Notes under the pieces: generated by a model
The model's input: only the letters and a program-made list of their open reading frames with translations
Told to the model about the DNA's origin: nothing
The model's database searches: none
Translations under genes and position numbers: made by a program
Shown: piece by piece, positions 9,721-17,910 of the stretch
Layout of the letters: each line of letters starts with the position of its first letter
How positions within the stretch are numbered: position 1 is the first letter of the stretch
Origin: Actinomycetota bacterium
GTDB lineage: Bacteria; Actinomycetota; Actinomycetes; S36-B12
Direction of reading: 5' to 3'
DNA: 57,006 nucleotides
Assembly (NCBI GenBank): GCA_017857875.1
Contig: JAFMCH010000005.1
Span: 1 to 57,006, forward strand

Positions 9721-10965
9721 GTGGTGGACGCCGTCGAGCGTTTAGTGGCCCATCCCTCAATAGGCGGCTCCCCCGCGGAGGTGGAGATTCAGCGCGATCT
9801 GGCCCACCTATGGGAGCACGAGGGCCTCGATGTCACCACGTGGACAATTGACCCCGCCCAGTGTTTGCTCGACCCCGGCTTTCCTGGCATGGAGGTTGAC
9901 CGGGAGACCGGCCTTGGCGTGATAGCACGTTGGGCCGGGACCGGCGGTGGCCCCACCATGCTGCTGCTGGGTCACACCGATGTCGTCCCACCCGGCGACC
10001 TCCATGCTTGGTCATCGCCACCCTTCCAGCCCCATCACGTTGACGGACGCATCACCGGACGCGGGACCGCCGACATGAAGGCAGGCCTTGTCGCCGCGTG
10101 GCTAGCCGTGCGTGCCCTCCGGCAGCAGGGTCGACGGCTGCGTGGCGATGTGATCCTGGCCGCTGTAAGCGGGGAAGAAGACGGGGGCATGGGCACCTAC
10201 TCGCTGCTTGCTCAAGGCATCACCGCCGATGCCTGCATCATTCCCGAGCCCACCGATCTTGACATCGTGCCGGCCAACGGTGGGGCATTGACCTTTCGCC
10301 TGACCATCCGCGGTGCAGCCACGCACGCCTCCCGTCGCAGCGAGGGCATCAGCGCCATCGAGAAGTTCACCCTCGCCCTGCGTGCCCTCGATGAGCTTGA
10401 GGTCCAGCGCAATGCGGTTGTCGACCCACTCATGGAGCGCTGGTCGATTGCGTATCCACTGGCTATCGGCACGGTGCACGCGGGTGATTGGGCCTCAACA
10501 GTGCCTGATTTATGTATCGCCGAGGGACGCTTGGGAGTGGCCCTTGATGAATCCCCCGAGCAAGCCCGACTGGCATTAGAACAAGCCGTGCAGGGCTTGT
10601 GCGCGCACGACCCATGGCTTCGTGAACACCCCATCGACGTGCAGTGGTGGGGTGGGCAGTTCGCGCCGGGTCGCACCGATCCTGACCATCCGCTGGTTGA
10701 CCTCGTGGGCCGGGCACATCAATCGCTGACCGGCGCCACTGCCCAGGTATACGGCGCACCCTACGGTTCAGACCTGCGCCTGCTGGTCGCCGCGGGTATT
10801 CCCACGGTGCAATACGGTCCCGGCGATAGTCGCATCGCTCACGCCCCCAACGAATGGGTCACCGTCGGCGACGTGGTGACCTGCGCCCACACACTGATGC
10901 TTGTCCTCGAAGAGTTCTGCGAGATCGATGCCGCTGTGGATAACACACAACAGGAGATCCCCTGA
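9721..10965 (+). CDS. ArgE/DapE family (M20) deacylase; start uncertain (9604 or 9721)
   Basis: GHTDVVP, GRGTADMKAG, EEDGG, IPEPT, AHAPNE motifs. Confidence 0.88.
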   Translation: MVDAVERLVAHPSIGGSPAEVEIQRDLAHLWEHEGLDVTTWTIDPAQCLLDPGFPGMEVDRETGLGVIARWAGTGGGPTMLLLGHTDVVPPGDLHAWSSPPFQPHHVDGRITGRGTADMKAGLVAAWLAVRALRQQGRRLRGDVILAAVSGEEDGGMGTYSLLAQGITADACIIPEPTDLDIVPANGGALTFRLTIRGAATHASRRSEGISAIEKFTLALRALDELEVQRNAVVDPLMERWSIAYPLAIGTVHAGDWASTVPDLCIAEGRLGVALDESPEQARLALEQAVQGLCAHDPWLREHPIDVQWWGGQFAPGRTDPDHPLVDLVGRAHQSLTGATAQVYGAPYGSDLRLLVAAGIPTVQYGPGDSRIAHAPNEWVTVGDVVTCAHTLMLVLEEFCEIDAAVDNTQQEIP

Positions 10966-10983
10966 GGCTGCCACAGTGAGTAG

Positions 10984-11991
10984 GTGACCGCGCCGACCCG
11001 TCCGCTACATGTCCACCACACCCTCCCCGAGCGTCCATGGCTGCGACGCGACGTTCCCTTGATGTGGCGCAGCGACACTCTGCTCCAGATCGGACTCGAT
11101 CCCCAACGTCTGGTCGTCATCGAGGTAGACCGAGCCCTCATCGCATGGGCGCGTGAACTCGGGGGTGACCGTACCTTGACCGCGGTGCTCACCGACGCAG
11201 AACAGCGAGGCCTAGACACCGCCGAGGTGAACCAGCTGTTACGGGCACTTACCGCAGCCGGGGCACTCGCTGATGCGGCCAGAGTGGCGGCCTGTGCACA
11301 ACAACTCACGGCCGATGAGCGAATCACCGCTCTGCGCCACGAGGCTGCCGCCCGCCACACCTACCGCGATACACGGGCACAATTGAGTGTTGATGCCCGC
11401 GCAAATGCCCGAATATCAATCGCGGGCAGCGGTTTTCTGGCCGACACCGTCGCCAATGCTTTGCGCGGCAGCGGCATCAAAGCGGTGGTGGCCGAGGCTG
11501 CTCCCTCGTCAGCGGCTCGTCAGGGCCGAGCACGCGCTGAGCAATCTGATCTGCACATCGTCGCCGACTGCTGGCAGCCTGACATCTTCGATGACCTCAC
11601 CTGCGGGGGCCTGGACCTAGCCCATCTCGCGGTTGGGGCGTGGGGCCGCCGCGGTGTGGTAGGCCCACTGGTCATTCCTGGCCACACCTCGTGCCTACGG
11701 TGCGTAACCCTGCACCAGCGTGACCACGACCCGTTGTGGCCGAGGCTGGCGATGCAGGCCGCACACGCCACCCCCGACATTGACGCACGTGACAGCCCGC
11801 TGGTGATGGCCTGTGCAGCACACACCGCAGCCCTTGCCTGTGCCTATCTTGAGGCTCGAGCGTGGGGTACGACGGGAACGGAGTGGGCAGGGACCTCACA
11901 GGTCATCACCATGCCCGGTGCTCGGGTGAGTTTTCGACAACATTCAGTACATCCGCTGTGCGGCTGCACCTGGAATTCGACTTCAGTCTGA
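10984..11991 (+). CDS. ThiF-like / TOMM leader-binding family protein (conserved actinobacterial orphan)
   Basis: LQIGLDP, GVVGPLVIPGHTSCLRC..RDHDPLWP, HPLCGC motifs. Confidence 0.8.
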   Translation: MTAPTRPLHVHHTLPERPWLRRDVPLMWRSDTLLQIGLDPQRLVVIEVDRALIAWARELGGDRTLTAVLTDAEQRGLDTAEVNQLLRALTAAGALADAARVAACAQQLTADERITALRHEAAARHTYRDTRAQLSVDARANARISIAGSGFLADTVANALRGSGIKAVVAEAAPSSAARQGRARAEQSDLHIVADCWQPDIFDDLTCGGLDLAHLAVGAWGRRGVVGPLVIPGHTSCLRCVTLHQRDHDPLWPRLAMQAAHATPDIDARDSPLVMACAAHTAALACAYLEARAWGTTGTEWAGTSQVITMPGARVSFRQHSVHPLCGCTWNSTSV

Positions 11992-12002
11992 GGGCTGCGC
12001 CA

Positions 12003-12230
12003 CTAGGCGCAGTCAGTGCAGGCTTCGATTCCGGGTAGGGCAACGATCACGCACTCTGGACAGGTGAATCGTGGGTGTCCCTGAGTGCGGTCGAATGACC
12101 ACAGAGCCAGCGGCATTTGCGTGCCTGACACACCACAATCAGCGCAGGCAATGGCAGCCGACGTCGCGGAGTCCGCAGTGCCAGGCTGGGCTGCATGTGT
12201 GGTGTTTCTCACACGTTCCATGATGGCCAT
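12003..12230 (-). CDS. Small Cys-rich (CxxC...CxxC) putative zinc-binding protein
   Basis: CADC..P..W.....G....CPEC....L.GIE; TATTCT-N6-ATG leaderless architecture at 12230. Confidence 0.6.
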   Translation of the reverse strand: MAIMERVRNTTHAAQPGTADSATSAAIACADCGVSGTQMPLALWSFDRTQGHPRFTCPECVIVALPGIEACTDCA

Positions 12231-12275
12231 GTCTCGAGAATATCGCAAGAGTGTCACAAAACACACCCCTGTCTT

Positions 12276-14393
12276 TCATAATTTTTCCTCAGAAATCAGC
12301 GTGGATGCTGCATCTGAGTCGCTGTCGGCGACCAAAGCGAGGAGTTGATCGGTGTAGCGAAGCAATTTATCGGGGCCGATGCCACTGATGGCCCCCAACT
12401 CAGCCGCAGATGCGGGCTTGACCTCGGCCAGGGCCTCCACCGTGGCGTCGGTGAGCACTACGTAGGCCGGCACCGCGCGCTCACGAGCTTGGGCGAGTCG
12501 CCACTGCTTCAGTCGTTCGACGAGTGCCTCATCGGCTGAGGTCGGGCATTGGCGGCACCTGCCACGCGCCCGTTCGGCGGGAGTGACCAGCGAAGTCGCA
12601 CAGGTACGACATGCCGCCGGTGCGCGGCGTCGGGATCGATCGGTGGTCTGCGGGCGCCGACCGGCCAAGCCCGTTTGGCCCGCGGTGTGGTCGGGTAGCG
12701 CAAGGGCGAGAAAGCGGCTGGGGGCGCGCACCCGCGCACCCGGCTGGCGGGCCTGGGCCCAGGTGAGCACGAGATCGTCCCGGGCCCGTGTGATGGCCAC
12801 ATAGAAAAGCCGCTGCTCCTCAGCCAGGTCTTCATCGGTGAGCGCCGGGGCATCACTAGACCACGAGGAAAACGGCAGTGTCCCCTCCGATAGCCCCGCC
12901 ACCACCACAATCGACCACTGCAGCCCCTTGGCAGCGTGAATCGTCGCGAGGGTCACCGCATCTGCCTGGGGAGCATGTTGAACGCTGGCCCGCACATCGA
13001 GTTCGCCCACCAGTGCGGTGAGGTCGGAGATTTGGTCGGTATCTGCGGCTAAGGCGTGGAGGGAGGCTAGCGACTCCCACCGTTGGCGTACCGCACCTAC
13101 GCCATTGGGTGGTTCCGGCGTGAAACCCATTACCGCGAGGACCGCCGCCACCTGTTCGGACAACGTGCCCGACATATGTTCACCAGACCGAGCCGCACCG
13201 CGCAGTCGAGTGATCGCCTCACGCACCTCAGATCGATCAAAAAAGCGTTCGCCGCCGCGCACCAAGACGGGCAATCCGGCATCGGCGAATGATTGCTCCA
13301 GGGCGGGTAATTGCGCCTTGGTGCGCACCAAAACGGCAATGTCTCGCGGAGCAGTACCTCGACCGATGAGGTCGCGGGCGAGGGCGGCTATGCCCTGCGC
13401 CTCGGCCACCTCATCGGCGAAATCGAGAACGCGCGGTGAACAGGCATCGGTCTTTTCGCGAGTGGCCACCAGGCTGCGGACGTCGACGGCCGAACCAGCC
13501 AGAACTCGATTAGCGATATCGACGATGGGCGGTTGACTGCGATAGTTGCGCACCAGATCACGTGCCGTTGCGGTCGGATACACAGTGGGGAACGTCTTGA
13601 GAAACTCATCACTTGCCCCGGCGAAGGTGTAGATCGTCTGTGCGACATCGCCCACCACGCACACATCATCATGACCGCCTAGCCACAGTTGCAGGAGTCG
13701 AAACTGGATCGGGCTTACGTCTTGAAACTCATCGACGGTGAGGGACCGATACGTGTCTTGAACCTCAGCTGCGATGTTCTTATCACCGTCGAGAATCTCG
13801 GCGCATAACAGCAACACATCGTCGAAATCAATGGACCCAGAAGCAACCTTTGTGTCTTCGTAGGCGCGATAGACGGTCGCGATCTCAGCGGGTGCAAGCC
13901 CTACCTCGCGCCCGTGCTGGGCAACGAGGTCGAGGTAATTCTCCGGGGATGTGTTGTGCTGCTTGGCCCAATTGATCTCACCGAGGATTTCGCGAATAAC
14001 TGCTGGATTGCTGCGCACCCCTACCGACCTGGTGGCTTCAACCAATAAACCCGAGGGCGAAGAAATCAATCGGAATGGCTCACCCCCGAAAAACCGGGGC
14101 CAGAAGTAGCGCATCTGTCGAAGTGCCGCGGCATGAAAGGTTCGCGCCTGTACCCCGGCAACGCCGAGGTTTCGCAACCGCTCGCGCATTTCACCGGCCG
14201 CTCGGTTGGTGAAGGTGACCGCCAAAACATGGCGAGGATCGACCGTGCCCTCCCGCACGCGGTAGGCGATGCGATGGGTGATCGCAGTGGTCTTGCCGGT
14301 ACCGGCCCCGGCGCTGACGACCAACGGACCCGGTGGCGCCAATGCCACATTCCGCTGCTGTTCGTCGAGCGGGTCGAGGATGGCATCGCTCAC
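12276..14393 (-). CDS. uvrD2: ATP-dependent DNA helicase UvrD2
   Basis: AGAGTGKT, VDEFQD, VVGDVAQTIY, TIHAAKGL, CxxC-14-CxxC and C-terminal HRDC domain. Confidence 0.93.
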   Translation of the reverse strand: MSDAILDPLDEQQRNVALAPPGPLVVSAGAGTGKTTAITHRIAYRVREGTVDPRHVLAVTFTNRAAGEMRERLRNLGVAGVQARTFHAAALRQMRYFWPRFFGGEPFRLISSPSGLLVEATRSVGVRSNPAVIREILGEINWAKQHNTSPENYLDLVAQHGREVGLAPAEIATVYRAYEDTKVASGSIDFDDVLLLCAEILDGDKNIAAEVQDTYRSLTVDEFQDVSPIQFRLLQLWLGGHDDVCVVGDVAQTIYTFAGASDEFLKTFPTVYPTATARDLVRNYRSQPPIVDIANRVLAGSAVDVRSLVATREKTDACSPRVLDFADEVAEAQGIAALARDLIGRGTAPRDIAVLVRTKAQLPALEQSFADAGLPVLVRGGERFFDRSEVREAITRLRGAARSGEHMSGTLSEQVAAVLAVMGFTPEPPNGVGAVRQRWESLASLHALAADTDQISDLTALVGELDVRASVQHAPQADAVTLATIHAAKGLQWSIVVVAGLSEGTLPFSSWSSDAPALTDEDLAEEQRLFYVAITRARDDLVLTWAQARQPGARVRAPSRFLALALPDHTAGQTGLAGRRPQTTDRSRRRAPAACRTCATSLVTPAERARGRCRQCPTSADEALVERLKQWRLAQARERAVPAYVVLTDATVEALAEVKPASAAELGAISGIGPDKLLRYTDQLLALVADSDSDAASTLISEEKL

Positions 14394-14469
14394 GACCGCA
14401 TCGTGCCACGACGTCCAGACACCACCAGGTCAGGTGGCCAATCCGGTGGATAGCGAGCACAATGATGGT

Positions 14470-14745
14470 GTGAGTATCGCCGACCTAATGCCGACCGCAA
14501 CTGAGCCCATCACCATGTTCACCACGTCGTGGTGTGGATTCTGTGTGCGCCTCAAGGCTCAATTGGGCCGCGAGGGAATCGCGGTCCGAGAGGTCGATAT
14601 CGAGGCCGACGAACAAGCAGCCCACTTCGTGGAAAACCACAACGACGGTAATCAGACGGTGCCCACACTGCTGTTTGCCGATGGATCCACGCTCACCAAT
14701 CCGTCCCTGGGTTCGGTGCGCGCCCACCTCGCCGAACTGGCCTAG
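14470..14745 (+). CDS. mrx1: Mycoredoxin (glutaredoxin-like)
   Basis: WCGFC active site, GNQTVPT motif; synteny between nudC and uvrD2. Confidence 0.88.
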   Translation: MSIADLMPTATEPITMFTTSWCGFCVRLKAQLGREGIAVREVDIEADEQAAHFVENHNDGNQTVPTLLFADGSTLTNPSLGSVRAHLAELA

Positions 14746-15746
14746 CGGCGCATCTCCCACTCACCTGGGATCGAAGATCCAAACCAGTGCTCGATGAGTT
14801 TGCGTGCAATCGACACTGCCGGGGGTACCGCGACCGATCCATCAGCGCAAGCTTCCATCAGCTCGTCGCGGGTGAACCATCGAGCCTCGACGATCTCCTC
14901 CCCATCGACGCAAATATCCGTAGACGTCGCCCGGGCGTGATAGCCAAGCATCAGCGACCACGGAAACGGCCATGGCTGGCTGCCCAGATAGTGCACCTCG
15001 CCCACCGTGACGCCTGACTCCTCGGCTACCTCTCGGCGCACCGCTGCCTCGGCGGATTCACCTGCTTCCACGAATCCCGCCAGGGTAGAAAACCATTCCG
15101 GCTGCCAATCCACTCGCCGGCCCAGCAGCGCCCGATCATCACCGTCCACCACCAGCATGATCACCGCGGGGTCCGTTCGGGGGTAGGACTCTGCGGCACA
15201 GGCCAGACACTGACGCTGCCAGCCGGCCTGGCGAATAGCGGTGGGGGCTCCGCAGCGTGCACAGTGCGGATGCTGGGCATGCCAATTATCCAGGGCGACA
15301 GCAGAGACCAGTAGGCCGGAATCGGTTGCGGTCATGCGTGTTCCCGCCGCCCGTAAGTCGCTCCACTGACTGTCAGACGCTCCCCCATCAGCCTGATCGG
15401 TGACTCGAGCGGCAAAATGAGCCGTCTGCCCCACTACGCCGAGCAGCATTACCTGCATGGGACAGTCTGGCTGCATAGCGTCGGCCCATTCGCTGCCCAG
15501 GTCGATGGGTGATCGCCAATCGGCAAGCAAGCCAGAGCGAACGGCTGAGCCTGACCCGGTCGCTGCGGTAACGGGAAACCGGCCTTTCACGACCGGAATG
15601 ACACGCGTGGCCGTACTGCGCCAGGCTTCGGTCAGCCACCGCAAATCTCCACGACGCAGTTCACTGCGGTCGGCCGTGGCTCGAGCCAGGGTGAGATCGC
15701 TCAAGAGTCCGCGATTGAACGCGATTGCTTCACGTGACTCCTGCAC
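14742..15746 (-). CDS. nudC: NAD(+) diphosphatase NudC
   Basis: Zn finger CARC..CLAC, YPRTDPAVI, Nudix box AGFVEAGESAEAAVRREVAEE, SQPWPFP. Confidence 0.95.
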   Translation of the reverse strand: MQESREAIAFNRGLLSDLTLARATADRSELRRGDLRWLTEAWRSTATRVIPVVKGRFPVTAATGSGSAVRSGLLADWRSPIDLGSEWADAMQPDCPMQVMLLGVVGQTAHFAARVTDQADGGASDSQWSDLRAAGTRMTATDSGLLVSAVALDNWHAQHPHCARCGAPTAIRQAGWQRQCLACAAESYPRTDPAVIMLVVDGDDRALLGRRVDWQPEWFSTLAGFVEAGESAEAAVRREVAEESGVTVGEVHYLGSQPWPFPWSLMLGYHARATSTDICVDGEEIVEARWFTRDELMEACADGSVAVPPAVSIARKLIEHWFGSSIPGEWEMRR

Positions 15747-15789
15747 GTCGCCACCCTAGACCGCACCACACCGTGGGACCATTACGCCT

Positions 15790-17004
15790 GTGGGCGTCTT
15801 CATTCGGCAGTTGACGGGGATTCGCGCCGTGGCTGCCGTATGGGTGCTGCTCTATCACCTGCAGGGCCCGCTCGACACGATCGGCGCCATGTCGATTCCG
15901 GTGCTGTCCGATGTCATTCGAGTCGGTCGGCTCGGTGTTGACCTGTTCTTCGCGCTGTCGGGGTTCATCTTGACCCACACCTATTTACGCAAGATCGGCC
16001 CACAGGCTCACGCGCGCGCAACCGTGGAGTTTTGGTGGCTGCGCCTGGCGCGTATCTACCCCGTGCACTTCGTGATGCTCAACATCGCCGGGATCGCCGT
16101 CGTCGCCCAGGCGCTCATTACCGGGGAAGACAAGGAGCGGTCCTGGCTCAATCCGATCGACTACATCCGCAATCTGCTCCTGATTCAAGAGTGGGGTCCC
16201 GAGCCCGAACGTGGCTGGAACGTGGTCGCTTGGTCGTTATCGATGGAGTGGTTGGCCTATTTGCTTTTCCCCGCCCTGGTACTCGTGTTGTTCATCATGC
16301 ATCGGCGCATCAGTACACCGGTACTACTGCTGGCGTGGGTAGTTGTGATCGTGCCACTGCTCGTACGCGGCTCAGTCGGTGATGACCCGTACTACGGAGG
16401 TGCATGGGGTTCGACAATTCGGGTGCTGACCGCATTCACTGCCGGTGCTATCACCTATTTGATCGTCGTGCGATTCATCGACGAAGACGGCCAGATTCGC
16501 CCCCGCGTCGAGCGACTGGCCACCTCAGTGTCCGTAGCTATGCCCCTGCTTGTGGTGGCTGGCGCATTGTTCCTAGGTCGCTGGGCCGGTGCGCAGCCAG
16601 ATATCTTGCTCACCGATCCCGACGCTGAGCCGCTTCCGCCGTATTTCCACCTGTGGTTGGTGCCACCGCTCATCGTGTGGATCGGCGCACTCGCCCTGTC
16701 GAAGCGAGGCCAGGCTAGATGGCTCTCCCGTGACACCATCGTGCTCGGCGGCCTCATCTCATACTCGCTCTACATGACTCATCTGGTGTGGTTGAGCACG
16801 TGGCGGGCCGGCATGAACGCAATCGGTCTTGAATCAGGGCCGCTCTACGCACTCAGCCTCCTGGCAGCGATCGCCATGGCTTTTGTCATTGCGTGGCTGA
16901 TGTGGAAGATTGTCGAAGAACCGGCTCGTCGTTGGCTGCGCAAGGCAGTGGGGGTGCGTCCGGTAGCCCCCGAAGAAGCCGCCGCCGATCGAAGGAACCC
17001 ATGA
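15790..17004 (+). CDS. Acyltransferase family 3 (O-acyltransferase) membrane protein
   Basis: LTGIRAVAAVWVLLYH, GVDLFFALSGFIL, RLARIYP, WSLSMEW, GLISYSLYMTH, VEEP motifs. Confidence 0.92.
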   Translation: MGVFIRQLTGIRAVAAVWVLLYHLQGPLDTIGAMSIPVLSDVIRVGRLGVDLFFALSGFILTHTYLRKIGPQAHARATVEFWWLRLARIYPVHFVMLNIAGIAVVAQALITGEDKERSWLNPIDYIRNLLLIQEWGPEPERGWNVVAWSLSMEWLAYLLFPALVLVLFIMHRRISTPVLLLAWVVVIVPLLVRGSVGDDPYYGGAWGSTIRVLTAFTAGAITYLIVVRFIDEDGQIRPRVERLATSVSVAMPLLVVAGALFLGRWAGAQPDILLTDPDAEPLPPYFHLWLVPPLIVWIGALALSKRGQARWLSRDTIVLGGLISYSLYMTHLVWLSTWRAGMNAIGLESGPLYALSLLAAIAMAFVIAWLMWKIVEEPARRWLRKAVGVRPVAPEEAAADRRNP

Positions 17005-17477
17005 CGCGCACCCGCCGAGCACTCACCATCACTTTCGCCGCGGCCTTGCTTGCCGTTACCGGATGTGCGGCGAGCACGGACACCTCAGGCGCCGCCGGCC
17101 TTGACTTCGTTCCCGCCGACGTACTCGAGGGCACCTGGGAGGGTCAATTGTCGGTTATCCGATCCAACGGCCCCGATGTCATTACACATCCGGTGCTGCA
17201 ACTGGAGTTCACGACTGTTGATGAAGGACTGTTCCAGTACGACCGCCTTGTAGAAATCGCCGACGGCACCACATATACGTGGACCGATGGTCTCGGCAGC
17301 ATCAGCCCCGAAGGGCGCATTCAAACCACTGAACCTGGCGAGGCCTGGCTCATGACCGGATACCTCGCCGATGACAACACTTTGATCGTGCAGATGAGTG
17401 AGTTTGGCGAAACCGGGCAGGAAGTCACCGTCGACTCCTCGACATTCGCCGGCATCGCCACGCTTACGAAGCAATGA
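17001..17477 (+). CDS. Lipoprotein of unknown function
   Basis: ATGA overlap with the acyltransferase stop, SD AAGGA, signal peptide with VTGC lipobox; acidic, beta-rich body. Confidence 0.7.
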   Translation: MTRTRRALTITFAAALLAVTGCAASTDTSGAAGLDFVPADVLEGTWEGQLSVIRSNGPDVITHPVLQLEFTTVDEGLFQYDRLVEIADGTTYTWTDGLGSISPEGRIQTTEPGEAWLMTGYLADDNTLIVQMSEFGETGQEVTVDSSTFAGIATLTKQ

Positions 17478-17542
17478 GACGTGACATCTGATCACCAGTG
17501 ATTCGCCTGTGAAACGTGTGAAGTCATTAGCTAGCAGGTGTC

Positions 17543-17598
17543 AATAATTTTTCCCAAAAGACTTGCGTTGCCTGACACCGCAGGTATAAAACTAAATT
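17543..17598 (+). promoter_or_regulatory. Promoter with AT-rich upstream tract driving the candidate ncRNA
   Basis: AATAATTTTTCCCAAAAGAC then TTGCGT (17563-68), GACAC in the spacer, TATAAAACTAAATT -10 region (17585-98); exact register ambiguous. Confidence 0.6.
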
Positions 17599-17599
17599 A

Positions 17600-17845
17600 C
17601 TGAGTCGCAAGACGCAGGTCAGATCGGGAAACGACAACTGCTCCGGGGCAGATCCGGTACACATCACATGCTGGTGGTGTGAGAGTCGGGACGCGGTCTG
17701 AGGACAAAGATCGAGCCGGTCTCGCGGAAACGCGAGGCGCGCCCCATTGAACAGCAACGTAGGTGTGGGCCCTAGGTAACTAGGCGGAACGATTGTCGTC
17801 CGAAGGAAAGACCCCTCGAACTCATACTTCGAGGGGTCTTTTCCA
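17600..17845 (+). ncRNA. Candidate large structured non-coding RNA (~245 nt), family not recognised
   Basis: Long-range closing helix plus at least six hairpins, four with GNRA loops; G-U pairs favour the + strand; bounded by promoter and terminator; no credible ORF. Confidence 0.72.
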
Positions 17846-17848
17846 TTT
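17805..17848. terminator. Intrinsic terminator, probably bidirectional (ncRNA on +, adnB on -)
   Basis: 14-bp perfect stem AAAGACCCCTCGAA / TTCGAGGGGTCTTT (17807-20/17828-41), T-runs on both strands. Confidence 0.85.
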
Positions 17849-17910
17849 ATACGACATGACTGGCGCTGCAGCCGGCCGACACACCGAAGGTTGCTCCGCT
17901 GAGGCTCGCC

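Noticed and set aside
10984-12230. TOMM/RiPP cluster with the Cys-rich ORF as precursor
   Set aside because: No YcaO, dehydrogenase or exporter; this ThiF-like gene is a conserved orphan near uvrD2, and the small ORF has a Zn-finger pattern
17600-17845. Riboswitch/attenuator, retron or transposon-associated RNA
   Set aside because: No downstream co-oriented gene, no recognisable aptamer consensus, and no RT, TnpB/IscB or transposase nearby; the only ATG gives 4 codons
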